NCBI GenBank assembly: GCA_905479685.1
Contig: CAJQNJ010000133.1
Span: 1-59,393 of the forward strand
Length of the DNA stretch: 59,393 bases
Reading direction: 5' to 3'
DNA from: an uncultured Acidimicrobiales bacterium
GTDB taxonomy: Bacteria > Actinomycetota > Acidimicrobiia > Acidimicrobiales > SHLQ01
Each line of letters begins with the position of its first letter. Positions within the stretch are counted from its first letter, which is position 1. Under the pieces are notes generated by a model. The model had not been told where the DNA came from. It saw nothing but the letters and a program-made list of their open reading frames with translations, and searched no databases. Positions 8,063 to 17,542 of the stretch are shown piece after piece. Position numbers and translations under genes: made by a program.

Positions 8063-9379
8063 ATGCTTCGCCAGCTCACCTGGAACTCGATGACGATCGT
8101 CGAACGCGATTGGATTCACCGACGCGGTGAGGCCTCGGAGGCAGCGACCGAGTTGCGTGCTTCCATACGGTCCCTCGTCGAGGATGTGCGCATCCGAGGA
8201 GATCAGGCACTCATCGACGCGCTTGCGCGTTTCGATGGTGTCGAGGTCGAGGCCGCAGGTCTACGTGTCAGCGACGACGAGTTCGCCAAGGCGAAGGCGA
8301 GTCTCGACCCGAACGTCCACGCGGCGATCCGGCAGATGCTCGCAAACATCCGAGCGTTCAATGAAGCATTGCTCGAACGACGGTCGAGCTGGACTGCCGA
8401 GATTGCTCCCGGCCATGTCGTGGGGGAAAAGGTCGGGCCGGTGGCAAGCGCTGCATTGTTCTGCCCCAGCGGGAAGGCCAGCTATCCATCGGTCCTCGCG
8501 CAGGTCGCGACTCCTGCCGTCGTTGCCGGGGTGCCCCAGATCACGGTCATCGTCCCGCCCGTTCCGGGTGGAGGTGGTTCGATCGACGACGCAGTGCTGG
8601 TCGTCGCTGACGAACTCGGCCTTCGCGATGTTGTTCGGGTCAACGGTCCGGCCGGAATTGCTGCAGCGGCCTTCGGGACCGAGTCGATCCCAGCCCATGG
8701 GATGGTCGTTGGTCCGGGTAGTCCCCCGGTCGCTCTCGCGCAGCTCGAGGTGCGGGCATATGGCGTCGACACCGTGGTTCTCGGTCCGACCGAATCGCTC
8801 GTTGTGGCCGACCGGAGCGCCAATCCAGTCCTCTTGGCAGCAGATCTCTTGAATGAAGCCGAGCACGGCACGGATTCGACGGTTCTGCTCGTCACGCCAT
8901 ACCGAAGTGTGATCGATGCGACATTGATCGAGCTCGAGCGGCAGGCCCGCGATCTACCAGAGGTCCGTCGACTCGCCGCGGCATCTGCACTTGGAGTGAA
9001 CGGCGGTGCAATCCTGGTCGACTCGATGGATGTGGCCGTCGAGGTAGCCAATTGGTTCGCGTCAGAACATTGCCAACTCGCGGTCGAAGATCCGTGGAGT
9101 GTTGCTGAGGGCATCGAGCACGCTGGCGAGATCCTGCTCGGTCAACACACGCCCTTTTCCGTTGGCAACTTCACCCTGGGTGGGCCGGCAGCCTTGCCGA
9201 CCGGTGGATTCGCCAATCGCGCTGGTGGTATCACAGTTGAGCAATTCATGAAGTCCGCAGCGATCGGGCACCTCGATGCCGGGGCACTCGCAGCCGTGGC
9301 GGCGAGCACGATTGCGTTGAGCGAGCACGAAGGCTTCAATGCCCATGGCAACGCCATCCGCATACGTGGGTTCGACTAG
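8063..9379 (+). CDS. Histidinol dehydrogenase-like protein (divergent HisD paralogue)
   Basis: HisD fold motifs (DVRIRGDQAL, PAVVAGV, VGPG, GPTESLVVAD, AADLL.EAEH, SEH, AGEILLG, LPTGG, EGFNAH), with several active-site substitutions. Confidence 0.8.
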   Translation: MLRQLTWNSMTIVERDWIHRRGEASEAATELRASIRSLVEDVRIRGDQALIDALARFDGVEVEAAGLRVSDDEFAKAKASLDPNVHAAIRQMLANIRAFNEALLERRSSWTAEIAPGHVVGEKVGPVASAALFCPSGKASYPSVLAQVATPAVVAGVPQITVIVPPVPGGGGSIDDAVLVVADELGLRDVVRVNGPAGIAAAAFGTESIPAHGMVVGPGSPPVALAQLEVRAYGVDTVVLGPTESLVVADRSANPVLLAADLLNEAEHGTDSTVLLVTPYRSVIDATLIELERQARDLPEVRRLAAASALGVNGGAILVDSMDVAVEVANWFASEHCQLAVEDPWSVAEGIEHAGEILLGQHTPFSVGNFTLGGPAALPTGGFANRAGGITVEQFMKSAAIGHLDAGALAAVAASTIALSEHEGFNAHGNAIRIRGFD

Positions 9380-9591
9380 CGAGTCTTCTTCGCAGCGCGG
9401 GCCGCCTTGCGCGCCTGCGACCGTTCCCACTTTCGCTGCCGGCTCCGACATGCCTTGCGACAGAACTGATGGTTCGACGTGCGAGTCTCGAAGAGCTCGC
9501 CGCAACGCCAGTAGTGACAAACCTGTAGCCGTTCTGGGTCGACGTCATCGTCGAAGTCCTCGGGAAGATCGCCGGGTAGCGGTTCGATCAC
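9376..9591 (-). CDS. Small putative zinc-finger protein (71 aa; C-x4-C...C-x3-C with basic tail)
   Basis: CHYWRC...FCRKACR pattern, acidic N-terminus, basic C-terminus; starts 6 nt after the stop of the upstream co-oriented gene. Confidence 0.65.
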   Translation of the reverse strand: MIEPLPGDLPEDFDDDVDPERLQVCHYWRCGELFETRTSNHQFCRKACRSRQRKWERSQARKAARAAKKTR

Positions 9592-9597
9592 CGGAAC

Positions 9598-10380
9598 TCA
9601 GGTTCGGCCATAGAAGGTCTGCTTCGCCGACTCGGAAAGGCCGATACCGGGCTCGGTGTTGAAGGCGAACACAACGAGGATCCGTGTCCGATCTCCTTGG
9701 CTCGGGGTGACACGGTGCATGGAGTTGCGCCCCCGGAATATGACCAGATCGCCCGGCTCGAAGTCGAGTTGGTGCACATTCGTTGCGTTGTCGACCGCAT
9801 CTCGTACGCCATCGAAGTTCTGCTCATCGAGCGCTGCGTCACGTAGCTCGGGGACGTACTCGAACACTCCTCCATCTTTCGGTGGAGTGATCAGGGTGGT
9901 GATGGCGAACGAACTGTTGTCGAAGTGCCAACCCAATTCTTCTCCGTCTCGATGGAAGTGCACATTGACCGAGGAGAGGTCGTCCGCGTACGGGTACACC
10001 TCAGCGACGCCTACAACCGAAGCGATGAACTCGCGGACGGAGGGGTCGTCATAGACCGCTCGGAGGGCAGAGGTCGATGAGACCTGATCGTCTGCGAGCA
10101 GACCTTTGGTGCTGACCATCTGGCGGTTGAAGGTGTGATCTTCGGCGTAGTTCGGGTCCGGAGGCGTGAGCCAGATGTTGTGGGTGCTCGAAGCGAAGAA
10201 TGCCTCGGGCTCCCGGCCGGTCGATTCTTTGCGAACCGAGTCGACGAATACGTCGGTGAAGAACGAGCGAAGGACAAGAGCGCCCTCAGCGTCGAGCCGT
10301 TTGGCGCACCGATCTCGGTAGTCTGGATCGGTCAACCGATGTGTGTCGATGTCGACAAATTGGCGTATGCCTGTCGTCAT
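9598..10380 (-). CDS. Fe(II)/2-oxoglutarate-dependent oxygenase
   Basis: LGWHFD...GGVFEY...FRGRNSMHRVTP...R facial-triad pattern; ATG 10380 overlaps the upstream stop (ATGA). Confidence 0.85.
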   Translation of the reverse strand: MTTGIRQFVDIDTHRLTDPDYRDRCAKRLDAEGALVLRSFFTDVFVDSVRKESTGREPEAFFASSTHNIWLTPPDPNYAEDHTFNRQMVSTKGLLADDQVSSTSALRAVYDDPSVREFIASVVGVAEVYPYADDLSSVNVHFHRDGEELGWHFDNSSFAITTLITPPKDGGVFEYVPELRDAALDEQNFDGVRDAVDNATNVHQLDFEPGDLVIFRGRNSMHRVTPSQGDRTRILVVFAFNTEPGIGLSESAKQTFYGRT

Positions 10381-11264
10381 CGGGGGGTATGCCACAACGT
10401 GGGGAAGAGGTGTTCGGGCATCGGCTCCCCCACGCGGACTCCGAGATCGCCCAGTGGCGGAGATGTGATTCCGGGTCGCTCGACGTAGCGAACGTCTTCG
10501 CCCAACCATCGCGTCGAGAACGCTCGCCGTCTGGATTGGATTCGTACGTCGGTTGTTCCGTGCAATGTTCGGAAGTCGAAGACGATGGCGTCGCCTGCCA
10601 CCAGACTTCGGCTGATGACCCGATGTGGGGACTCGGTTTCGTCAGATGGGGCGGACACCATGGACTCGTCTTCTTGCGGGTAGTCAGCACCCGATAGAAA
10701 GCGGCGAGGCGTGTACGTGTTTCCGTCGCGATGTGATCCCCCGAGAAACCTCACCGCCGTCTCCTCGTCGGTGTCATCGAGGGCGACGTACACGCTTGCG
10801 GTCTGTCGCCCGTCGACGCAGTAGTAGGGCAGATCGTGATGCCATGGCGTCTTCTTCTCGGTCCCGGACTCTTTCGCGAAGACGTGTTCGTGGAAGAACT
10901 GCGCGGTGGGTGATTGCATACATTGTGCCGCGATAGCGGCGGCCGACGAGGTCAGTGTGTACAGGAGGAACTCGGGTACCCGCTGCCAGTTGCAGTAGGC
11001 GTCGAAGAAGCGGCCAGGCTCGTCCTCCGCGGCGCTTTCGTTCGGGAATGCGAAGTCCTGCGGGGTTCGCATCATGCGTTCGAGGCCCGCCCGTAGCGGA
11101 TCGACCCAGTCGACGAACGCTCCAGGCAGATAACACACCCCGAGTTCGGCGAACGCATCGATGCACGAGTCGGGAACCAACGCCGGCTGACGAACAGTCG
11201 CGGATACAAGTGGTGCGACATCGTCCATGACGTTCCACTGTGTCGTGCTCGTTCTACCGACCAT
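10377..11264 (-). CDS. Phytanoyl-CoA dioxygenase (PhyH) family protein
   Basis: FFHEHVFAKE, TPWHHD, FLGGSH, GDAIVFDFRTLHG, RRRAFS; GGAGG RBS before ATG 11264. Confidence 0.88.
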   Translation of the reverse strand: MVGRTSTTQWNVMDDVAPLVSATVRQPALVPDSCIDAFAELGVCYLPGAFVDWVDPLRAGLERMMRTPQDFAFPNESAAEDEPGRFFDAYCNWQRVPEFLLYTLTSSAAAIAAQCMQSPTAQFFHEHVFAKESGTEKKTPWHHDLPYYCVDGRQTASVYVALDDTDEETAVRFLGGSHRDGNTYTPRRFLSGADYPQEDESMVSAPSDETESPHRVISRSLVAGDAIVFDFRTLHGTTDVRIQSRRRAFSTRWLGEDVRYVERPGITSPPLGDLGVRVGEPMPEHLFPTLWHTPR

Positions 11265-11329
11265 TCGTCCTCCCGCAACGTGGCCTCAACTCTTGCACAC
11301 CAGCAGTTCGCTCCCGAGGTGTAGTGCAC

Positions 11330-14300
11330 TCATTCCAACAGCGCGAGCGCGAGTGAAAGCCGGGACCGAAAGATTTCGACGTTCGCCAGTTTGATGCCCT
11401 CGTAGCCGCGCACGACCTCTGGTAGTTCAGCGATCGCAATGGCGTCAGCATGGTTTTCGGACGACAGCCGAGAGAGCACGGTCTCGACTGCTTGGCGATA
11501 TTCGACAGGAAGTTCTCGCTCCACCCGCCGAACCTCTGCACGCCCGAATGGATCGAGAGCCGTTCCCCGGAGGCGTTTCCCGCGCGCAAGAGCCTCCACC
11601 GCAGGTGTCGCCCAGGCGCCAATCGTGATCTTGCGGTTCATCCCGAGCGCCCGAAGGAGTGGAGGATGAAGCTTCCACGCGATCGATCCCGATGCTTGGG
11701 CGACTTCACGTGCGGGGTCGAGACCTGCCTCGAGCGTCATGAGCCGGGCGACCTCGTACTCGTCCTTGTAGGCGGTCAGTTTGAAAAGCCCGGCCGCTAC
11801 CGCGGCCAATAGGTTGGTGGACTCCGTGACCGAACGTTCCTTTTCGGCGACTCGATCGAGCATGTCGAACCAACTGGCAGTCGTACGTTCGTCGCCCCAC
11901 GCGGTCAGTTCTGCGGCGAACATCGAGAGCTGGTCGCGCAGTGCTCCATCGACGCCGAGTTGATCGAGTCGGTCGGGCGAGTGCTCAGGTGTCGAGACGG
12001 AGGAACTCCGTGTGTGCCCACGAGCATCATCGACAGATTCGGGATCTGCGATCCATAGACGTCCCCATCGGAAGGCCTCGATGTTGGCCTCGACTGCCAC
12101 ACCATTCAGCGTCACTGCAGCTTCGAGGTGGGCGGGCTCGATGGGAAGCACGCCTGCCTGCACGGCCATACCCACCACGAAGAGGTTCGCTGTTGTCGAC
12201 GAGCCAAAGATGTCCGTGGTGATCGCATGTGCGTCGGCCCAGTGGTGGTCGGGCCGGGTCCCGCTTCCGATCCGGTCTGCGAGCTCGTCCGGTGAGGGCA
12301 TCTCGAGTGATGGGTGCGTGATCATCGAACCGGTCGGAGTTGACGATGAGGATCCCACGACATATGTGGCATCAGCATCAGAGGTGAGTTCACCAATCGG
12401 CGATGCGGCCACCAGCTGATCAAAGGCCAAGAGGAGATCTGCTTGTCCCTGCCCGAGCCGGTTCGTATACGAGGGGCGCCGCTTGGAGAGCCGAATGTCG
12501 CTCACGACCGGGCCAGCTTTTTGAGACAATCCGATCTGATCGAGACCTCGGACGTGGAAACCCTCGAGCATCGCAGCGGTACCGAGTACCTGGGCGACCG
12601 TCACCACACCAGTTCCGCCGATTCCCGTGATCCGCATTGCGAAGTCATCCGAAGACACCAACACCCGCGGCGCCGGGATCTGACGACCCTCGATGTCCGG
12701 ACGCACGTCGTCAGACACATCGCCGGTGACCCTGGGCGTATCTCGCTGAAGGCCGAGCAATGATCGAATTCGAGAGGGCTCCTTGGTGGTCACCGTCATG
12801 AACGAGGGGCAATCGCCTTCGAGGCAGCTGAAGTCGAAGTTGCAGGTCGTCTGGTCGATCTCGGTCTTGCGGCCGAAGGGTGTTTCCACCGGCTGCACCG
12901 ACAGGCAATTGCTCACCTGACCGCAGTCTCCGCAACCTTCGCAGATCCGAGGGTTGATGACGACCCGTTGATTTGGGGTTTCCACCAGCCCACGTTTCCG
13001 GGCACGACGGGTCTCGGCCGCACATGCTTGGTCATGGATGAGAACGGTCACGCCGGGTATGTGTGCCAGCGTCTCCTGTGCTTCGATCAGGCGTGTTCGA
13101 TCCCAGACATCGACAGCACGCGGAAGTGATCGATAGCTCGAGTTCTTGGGGTCGTCCGAGGTGACGAGCACCTTTGCGACTCCTTGGGTGAGGAGGATCT
13201 TGGCGACGCTGGCCACCCGAAGTTGACCCGCGGGATCTTGGCCGCCCGTCATGGCAACAGTGCCGTTGTAGAGGAGTTTGTAGGTGATGTTCACTTTGGC
13301 GGCGATCGCGGCCTGTATTGCCAGCTGACCCGAATGGAAGAACGTGCCATCGCCGAGGTTCTGGATCAGATGCGGGTGTTCCACGAACGGAGCCATCCCG
13401 ATCCACTGGGTTCCCTCGTTACCCATACATGTCAGACCAGCAATGTCGCCGACGCGGTCTTCGTCCATGAGCAGCGTCATCGTGTGACAGCCGATTCCAG
13501 CACCGACGAGCGATCCAGCAGGAACCTCGGTGCTTCGATTGTGTGGACAGCCTGAACAAAATGCTGGCGCCCGTGCGACGCTCAACGAGATGGGAATCCG
13601 AACTCGTTTGGGTCTTGCAGGGATGAGCCGGTCTCCGAGGCGCCCTTCGAGACGTCTGCGAAGGACAGGAACGATCGTGTCGGCATCGAGAGCCCCCCAT
13701 GCCGGAAGCATGATCTGTCCCGTCTCGTCGTGTTTGCCGACGATGATCGGACGTTCAGGTGCGGCATAGAGCGCATCCTTGAGAAGCGACTCGATGTTTG
13801 GTTGCTTCTCCTCGAGCACGAACACTTCCTCGAGACCGCGTGCGAACGTTCGCATCGTGGCTGGGTTGAACGGCATCGGCATGCCCATCTTCAACAGACG
13901 GATCCCGGCAGCATGGACGGCGTCGTCGGTCTCCAATCCGAGTCGAGCGAGGGCCTCGCGCACTTCTCGGTAGGTGATGCCCGATGCGATGAGCCCTATC
14001 CACGCATCACCCGGGTCGACCGTCACATGGTTGAGTTTGTTGTCTGCGGCGTAGCTTCTCGCCAGTTCGTAGCGGACCTCGAGGATTTCGCGCTCGATCT
14101 CTACGCTGTGCGGGGTCAGGAGACGGCCGTCGGGAACATGGCGATACGGAACTCCGTCGATCAACGGAACGATCGGTCGAACCCGGTCGGGGTCGAGGTC
14201 GATGCTCGCGGAGGCGTCCGCCACATCGGCCACGATTTTCAGCGCCGACCACAGCCCGGTGGCTCGGGACAACGCAATGGCGTGACGTCCGAGGTCCAGG

Positions 14301-14839
14301 GCCTCGACCGGATCGCCCGGATACAGAAGCGGCATGTGCATGCTCTGCAACAGGCCTGCCGACGAGGAAGGTACGGTCGATGACTTTGCATTGGGGTCGT
14401 CGCCGACGATGGCAACTGCACCACCGAGCATCGATGTTCCGGCGAACACGGCGTGTCTCAGCGCATCGGCAGCACGATCGACTCCGGGTGCCTTGCCGTA
14501 CCAAAGGCCGACGATGCCGTCATACGTACAGTCGGCCTGCGCTGCCGCAAGCTGTGACCCCATCACCGCTGTCGCTGCGTACTCCTCATTGAGCCCGGGT
14601 GAGAACGTCAGGGGGAGATCTGGATCGTTCTTCGCTGCAGCTTTGACCGCTTCGCCATACCCGCCGAGGGGCGATCCCTGGTACCCGGACACGAACGCGG
14701 CGGTTCTATGGCCTGCGCGTCGGTCAGCTCTCAGTTGTTCCAGCGGAAGTCGAGCAAGCGCGTTGATTCCAGTCAAGAACACCGTGCCGGTATCGGCGGT
14801 GTATCGCTGCTCGAGGCGGTAGTCGTCGATGAGAGCCAT
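11330..14839 (-). CDS. Fused indolepyruvate:ferredoxin oxidoreductase (IorAB-type, single polypeptide)
   Basis: SGYQGSPLGG, GLNEEYAATA, WYGKAPGVDR, FCSGCPHN, TPP motif GDGTFFHSG, ferredoxin CEGCGDC, GIGGTGVVT, YKDEYEVARL; GGAG RBS favours ATG 14839. Confidence 0.92.
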   Translation of the reverse strand: MALIDDYRLEQRYTADTGTVFLTGINALARLPLEQLRADRRAGHRTAAFVSGYQGSPLGGYGEAVKAAAKNDPDLPLTFSPGLNEEYAATAVMGSQLAAAQADCTYDGIVGLWYGKAPGVDRAADALRHAVFAGTSMLGGAVAIVGDDPNAKSSTVPSSSAGLLQSMHMPLLYPGDPVEALDLGRHAIALSRATGLWSALKIVADVADASASIDLDPDRVRPIVPLIDGVPYRHVPDGRLLTPHSVEIEREILEVRYELARSYAADNKLNHVTVDPGDAWIGLIASGITYREVREALARLGLETDDAVHAAGIRLLKMGMPMPFNPATMRTFARGLEEVFVLEEKQPNIESLLKDALYAAPERPIIVGKHDETGQIMLPAWGALDADTIVPVLRRRLEGRLGDRLIPARPKRVRIPISLSVARAPAFCSGCPHNRSTEVPAGSLVGAGIGCHTMTLLMDEDRVGDIAGLTCMGNEGTQWIGMAPFVEHPHLIQNLGDGTFFHSGQLAIQAAIAAKVNITYKLLYNGTVAMTGGQDPAGQLRVASVAKILLTQGVAKVLVTSDDPKNSSYRSLPRAVDVWDRTRLIEAQETLAHIPGVTVLIHDQACAAETRRARKRGLVETPNQRVVINPRICEGCGDCGQVSNCLSVQPVETPFGRKTEIDQTTCNFDFSCLEGDCPSFMTVTTKEPSRIRSLLGLQRDTPRVTGDVSDDVRPDIEGRQIPAPRVLVSSDDFAMRITGIGGTGVVTVAQVLGTAAMLEGFHVRGLDQIGLSQKAGPVVSDIRLSKRRPSYTNRLGQGQADLLLAFDQLVAASPIGELTSDADATYVVGSSSSTPTGSMITHPSLEMPSPDELADRIGSGTRPDHHWADAHAITTDIFGSSTTANLFVVGMAVQAGVLPIEPAHLEAAVTLNGVAVEANIEAFRWGRLWIADPESVDDARGHTRSSSVSTPEHSPDRLDQLGVDGALRDQLSMFAAELTAWGDERTTASWFDMLDRVAEKERSVTESTNLLAAVAAGLFKLTAYKDEYEVARLMTLEAGLDPAREVAQASGSIAWKLHPPLLRALGMNRKITIGAWATPAVEALARGKRLRGTALDPFGRAEVRRVERELPVEYRQAVETVLSRLSSENHADAIAIAELPEVVRGYEGIKLANVEIFRSRLSLALALLE

Positions 14840-14913
14840 GATCATCTCCGTGGTCGTGTGTGCAGATGTTGCCTCCCAAGTATTCGGTATGTTCTGCCGT
14901 CGTATGAAGAAGT

Positions 14914-14926
14914 CGAATAAAATTCG
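14914..14926. promoter_or_regulatory. Candidate Lrp/AsnC binding site CGAAT-AAA-ATTCG
   Basis: Perfect 5-3-5 palindrome with A/T core, in the AT-rich gap between the oxidoreductase and the divergent Lrp gene. Confidence 0.45.
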
Positions 14927-14998
14927 TCAAAGTCCTCGAATTTGGGCATATCTTCGGATGTGACCCCTAACACACCACAGAATTCGAACGGATGAATC

Positions 14999-15469
14999 AT
15001 GGCGGAGCGACTCACATCGGAGGCCGATCTCGTTCTCGTGTCCGAACTGCAACGAGATGCGCGCCAAACGAACCGGGCATTGGCGAAGAAGTCGGGTCTT
15101 GCGCCCTCGACAGCACTGAACCGTATTCGCGATCTCGAACAACGCGGAGTTGTCAGGGGGTATCACGCCGACATCGATCTTGCGGCGCTTGGACGGACCC
15201 TCCAAGCGCTCGTGTTCGTCCGCCTGCAACCAAAGAGTGACGATGTCATCGATGGGTTTCTCGGGCACATGTGGAATCTTCCCGAGACGATCGGGCTCCA
15301 TCTGATCACCGGGGTCGAAGACGCCGTCATTCATCTGGCCGTGACCGATGCCGAGTCGTTGCAGCGCGTGATCATCAACGAGATCAGCAGCTTCCCCGGC
15401 GTCTTTGACGAACGGACGTCGCTTCTGTTCGAACATCGTCGAAAACACGACATCGGCCCGCTCGCCTAG
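14999..15469 (+). CDS. Lrp/AsnC family transcriptional regulator
   Basis: LQRDARQTNRALAKKSGLAPSTALNRIRDLEQRGVVRGY HTH plus RAM domain. Confidence 0.93.
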   Translation: MAERLTSEADLVLVSELQRDARQTNRALAKKSGLAPSTALNRIRDLEQRGVVRGYHADIDLAALGRTLQALVFVRLQPKSDDVIDGFLGHMWNLPETIGLHLITGVEDAVIHLAVTDAESLQRVIINEISSFPGVFDERTSLLFEHRRKHDIGPLA

Positions 15470-15501
15470 TTCATCGACACCTCGCGACCTGGTGCAGAAG
15501 C

Positions 15502-15549
15502 ACGTTGTCCTGTCCGCGCCCCGATGGGGAACGCGGACAGGACCAACGT
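15502..15549. terminator. Stem-loop between convergent genes (probable bidirectional terminator)
   Basis: ACGTTG-TCCTGTCCGCG-CCCC gat GGGG-aa-CGCGGACAGGA-c-CAACGT inverted repeat. Confidence 0.7.
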
Positions 15550-15557
15550 TGGTTCGA

Positions 15558-16661
15558 CTACCCCTTCGCTCGTGTGAAGGCGTCTGCGTAGCTGGTCTCG
15601 AAGTCGCCCGTATCGGCGATCGATTCGACGCTGTCCAACCCTCCGACCAACACGGCTGGGTCGGTGAGGAACGCATTCAGCTCCTCGTCAAGGCCATCGA
15701 TCGCAGCTTCGTTCGGCGTGCCGTAGTAGTTCCAGTTCGACAACGTCGCACCCTCCTCGGCGTCGAGCAACCAGTTGATGAAGGTGTGCGCGGTGCATGG
15801 ATGAGGAGCATCGAATGGAATGGCCATGTTGTCGATCCAACGAGTGCCACCCTCTTCGGGCACGAAGAACGCGTAATCATCAGGGTTGTCTGTCTCGAGG
15901 AATTGCGTGAACATGTCGCCCGAGTAACCATGCGCGATCACCGTTTCACCGCTGGTCAGGAGCTCGTCGGACGAGTCGGTGTTGAATGCAGCGAGGTTGT
16001 CCTTTGCGTCGCTGATCAGGGCCTGTGCCTCATCGAGCTCTCCCTGGTCGGTGGTATTGAGCGAGTAGCCGAGTGACTTGAGAGCTGCGCCGAGTGTCTC
16101 GCGGGGATCATCGAGCAACGTGATCTGACCGCTGTAGTCATCGGCGTAGTCCCCAAAGACGATGTCCCACGAGCGTGGGTAGTCGTCGCCGAGCACGGCA
16201 GTGTTGACGGCGAGGCCGGTATAGCCCCACTGGTACGGCACCGAGTACTTCCCGTCTGGGTCATAACTCGGGTTCGAGAAGTCCTCGCTGATGTTCGACA
16301 GGTTGGGCAGCAGGTCTTGGTTCAGTTCTTGGATGTGTTCGCCGGCGATCAGAATGCCCACCATGTAGTCCGAGGGCACGATCACGTCGTAGCCAGAGTT
16401 CCCGGCTGCGATCTTGGGCTGCATGACCTCGTTGGACTCGTATGTGTCCATCGTGGCGCTGATGTCGAATTCCTCTGCGAACGCTGCCAGGTGTTCCTCG
16501 TCGATGTATTCGGCCCAGTTGTAGAGCGCGAGGTCCCCGTCGACTTCGTCGACGGCGCATTCGCCTGCGGATGATTCTGATCCATCGCTACCGCACGCGG
16601 CAGCGATGAGTGTGATGGCAAGGACTGAGCCGATACGGCCCAACCACTTCTTGGTCTTCAT
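15558..16661 (-). CDS. potD: Spermidine/putrescine ABC transporter substrate-binding lipoprotein
   Basis: Lipobox IAAACG; LYNWAEYID, GYDVIVPSDYMV, YSVPYQWG, LLDDPRE, PEEGGTRWIDNMAIP. Confidence 0.9.
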   Translation of the reverse strand: MKTKKWLGRIGSVLAITLIAAACGSDGSESSAGECAVDEVDGDLALYNWAEYIDEEHLAAFAEEFDISATMDTYESNEVMQPKIAAGNSGYDVIVPSDYMVGILIAGEHIQELNQDLLPNLSNISEDFSNPSYDPDGKYSVPYQWGYTGLAVNTAVLGDDYPRSWDIVFGDYADDYSGQITLLDDPRETLGAALKSLGYSLNTTDQGELDEAQALISDAKDNLAAFNTDSSDELLTSGETVIAHGYSGDMFTQFLETDNPDDYAFFVPEEGGTRWIDNMAIPFDAPHPCTAHTFINWLLDAEEGATLSNWNYYGTPNEAAIDGLDEELNAFLTDPAVLVGGLDSVESIADTGDFETSYADAFTRAKG

Positions 16662-16717
16662 TTGGATTCCCTCCTAGTCGAGCCGAAGCTCGGTTTCTGA
16701 ATTGATGGTGTAGATGA

Positions 16718-17542
16718 TCACTCGATCTCTGCAGATTCTCCTCGCGCACGGTCGGTGAGCAATGAGAGAGCGACAAGTCCCATGGATGCAACGAGCATGA
16801 CCACCGAGATCGCGTTGATCAGCGGAGTCACGCCCTTGCGGATCAGACCGAACACGTAGACGGGAAGTGTCGTCCAGCCCGGTCCGGTGACGAACTCGGT
16901 GATGACCACGTCGTCGAGCGACAGAGTGAATGCAAGGAGAGCTCCCCCGATGATGCCGGGCATGATCAGCGGAAGCGTCACATGACGAAATGCTTGCCAC
17001 TTCGTGGCATAGAGATCGACTGCGGCTTCTTCGAGTTTGTCGTCCATCCCCGCCAGTCGAGCCCGGACGACAATCGAGACGAAGCTGATGCTGAACGCGA
17101 TGTGCGAGAGCGTGATCGTGGCGAATCCCTTGGAGAACCCGAAGATGTTGGCCGCCTCGGAGAAGAACAGAAGGAGCATCACCGCCATCGTCACGTCGGG
17201 GATGATGATCGGCAGGTAGAGCAGCGCATCGAAGACCTGTTTGCCTCGGAAGGTGAACCGTTCGAGAGCCAGCGCAGAAATCGTGCCGAGCACCACAGCG
17301 ACGATGGTCGACACGACAGCGATTTTGAGTGAGTTGGACAATGCTCCCTTGGCGGCACTCGAATCGCCAAAGTCGCGGTACCAATCCAGGGTGAAGCCGC
17401 CCCATGCGCCGACATTGCGGCTGTCGCTGAAGGAGTAGATGACCAGAACCAGGATTGGTGCGTAGAAGAAGAGGTAGACCAGCCAGATGTTTGCTTGGAG
17501 AACACGTTTGGTCGTGCTTCGGGGCTCGGTGATGCCGCTCAC
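16718..17542 (-). CDS. potC: Polyamine ABC transporter permease
   Basis: FFYAPILVLVIYSF, EAA motif LEEAAVDLYA, FTLSLDD, TLPVYVF. Confidence 0.9.
   Translation of the reverse strand: MSGITEPRSTTKRVLQANIWLVYLFFYAPILVLVIYSFSDSRNVGAWGGFTLDWYRDFGDSSAAKGALSNSLKIAVVSTIVAVVLGTISALALERFTFRGKQVFDALLYLPIIIPDVTMAVMLLLFFSEAANIFGFSKGFATITLSHIAFSISFVSIVVRARLAGMDDKLEEAAVDLYATKWQAFRHVTLPLIMPGIIGGALLAFTLSLDDVVITEFVTGPGWTTLPVYVFGLIRKGVTPLINAISVVMLVASMGLVALSLLTDRARGESAEIE

Noticed and set aside
9598-10380. Fe/2OG halogenase
   Set aside because: The metal motif is HFD with the carboxylate retained; halogenases have HxG/A.
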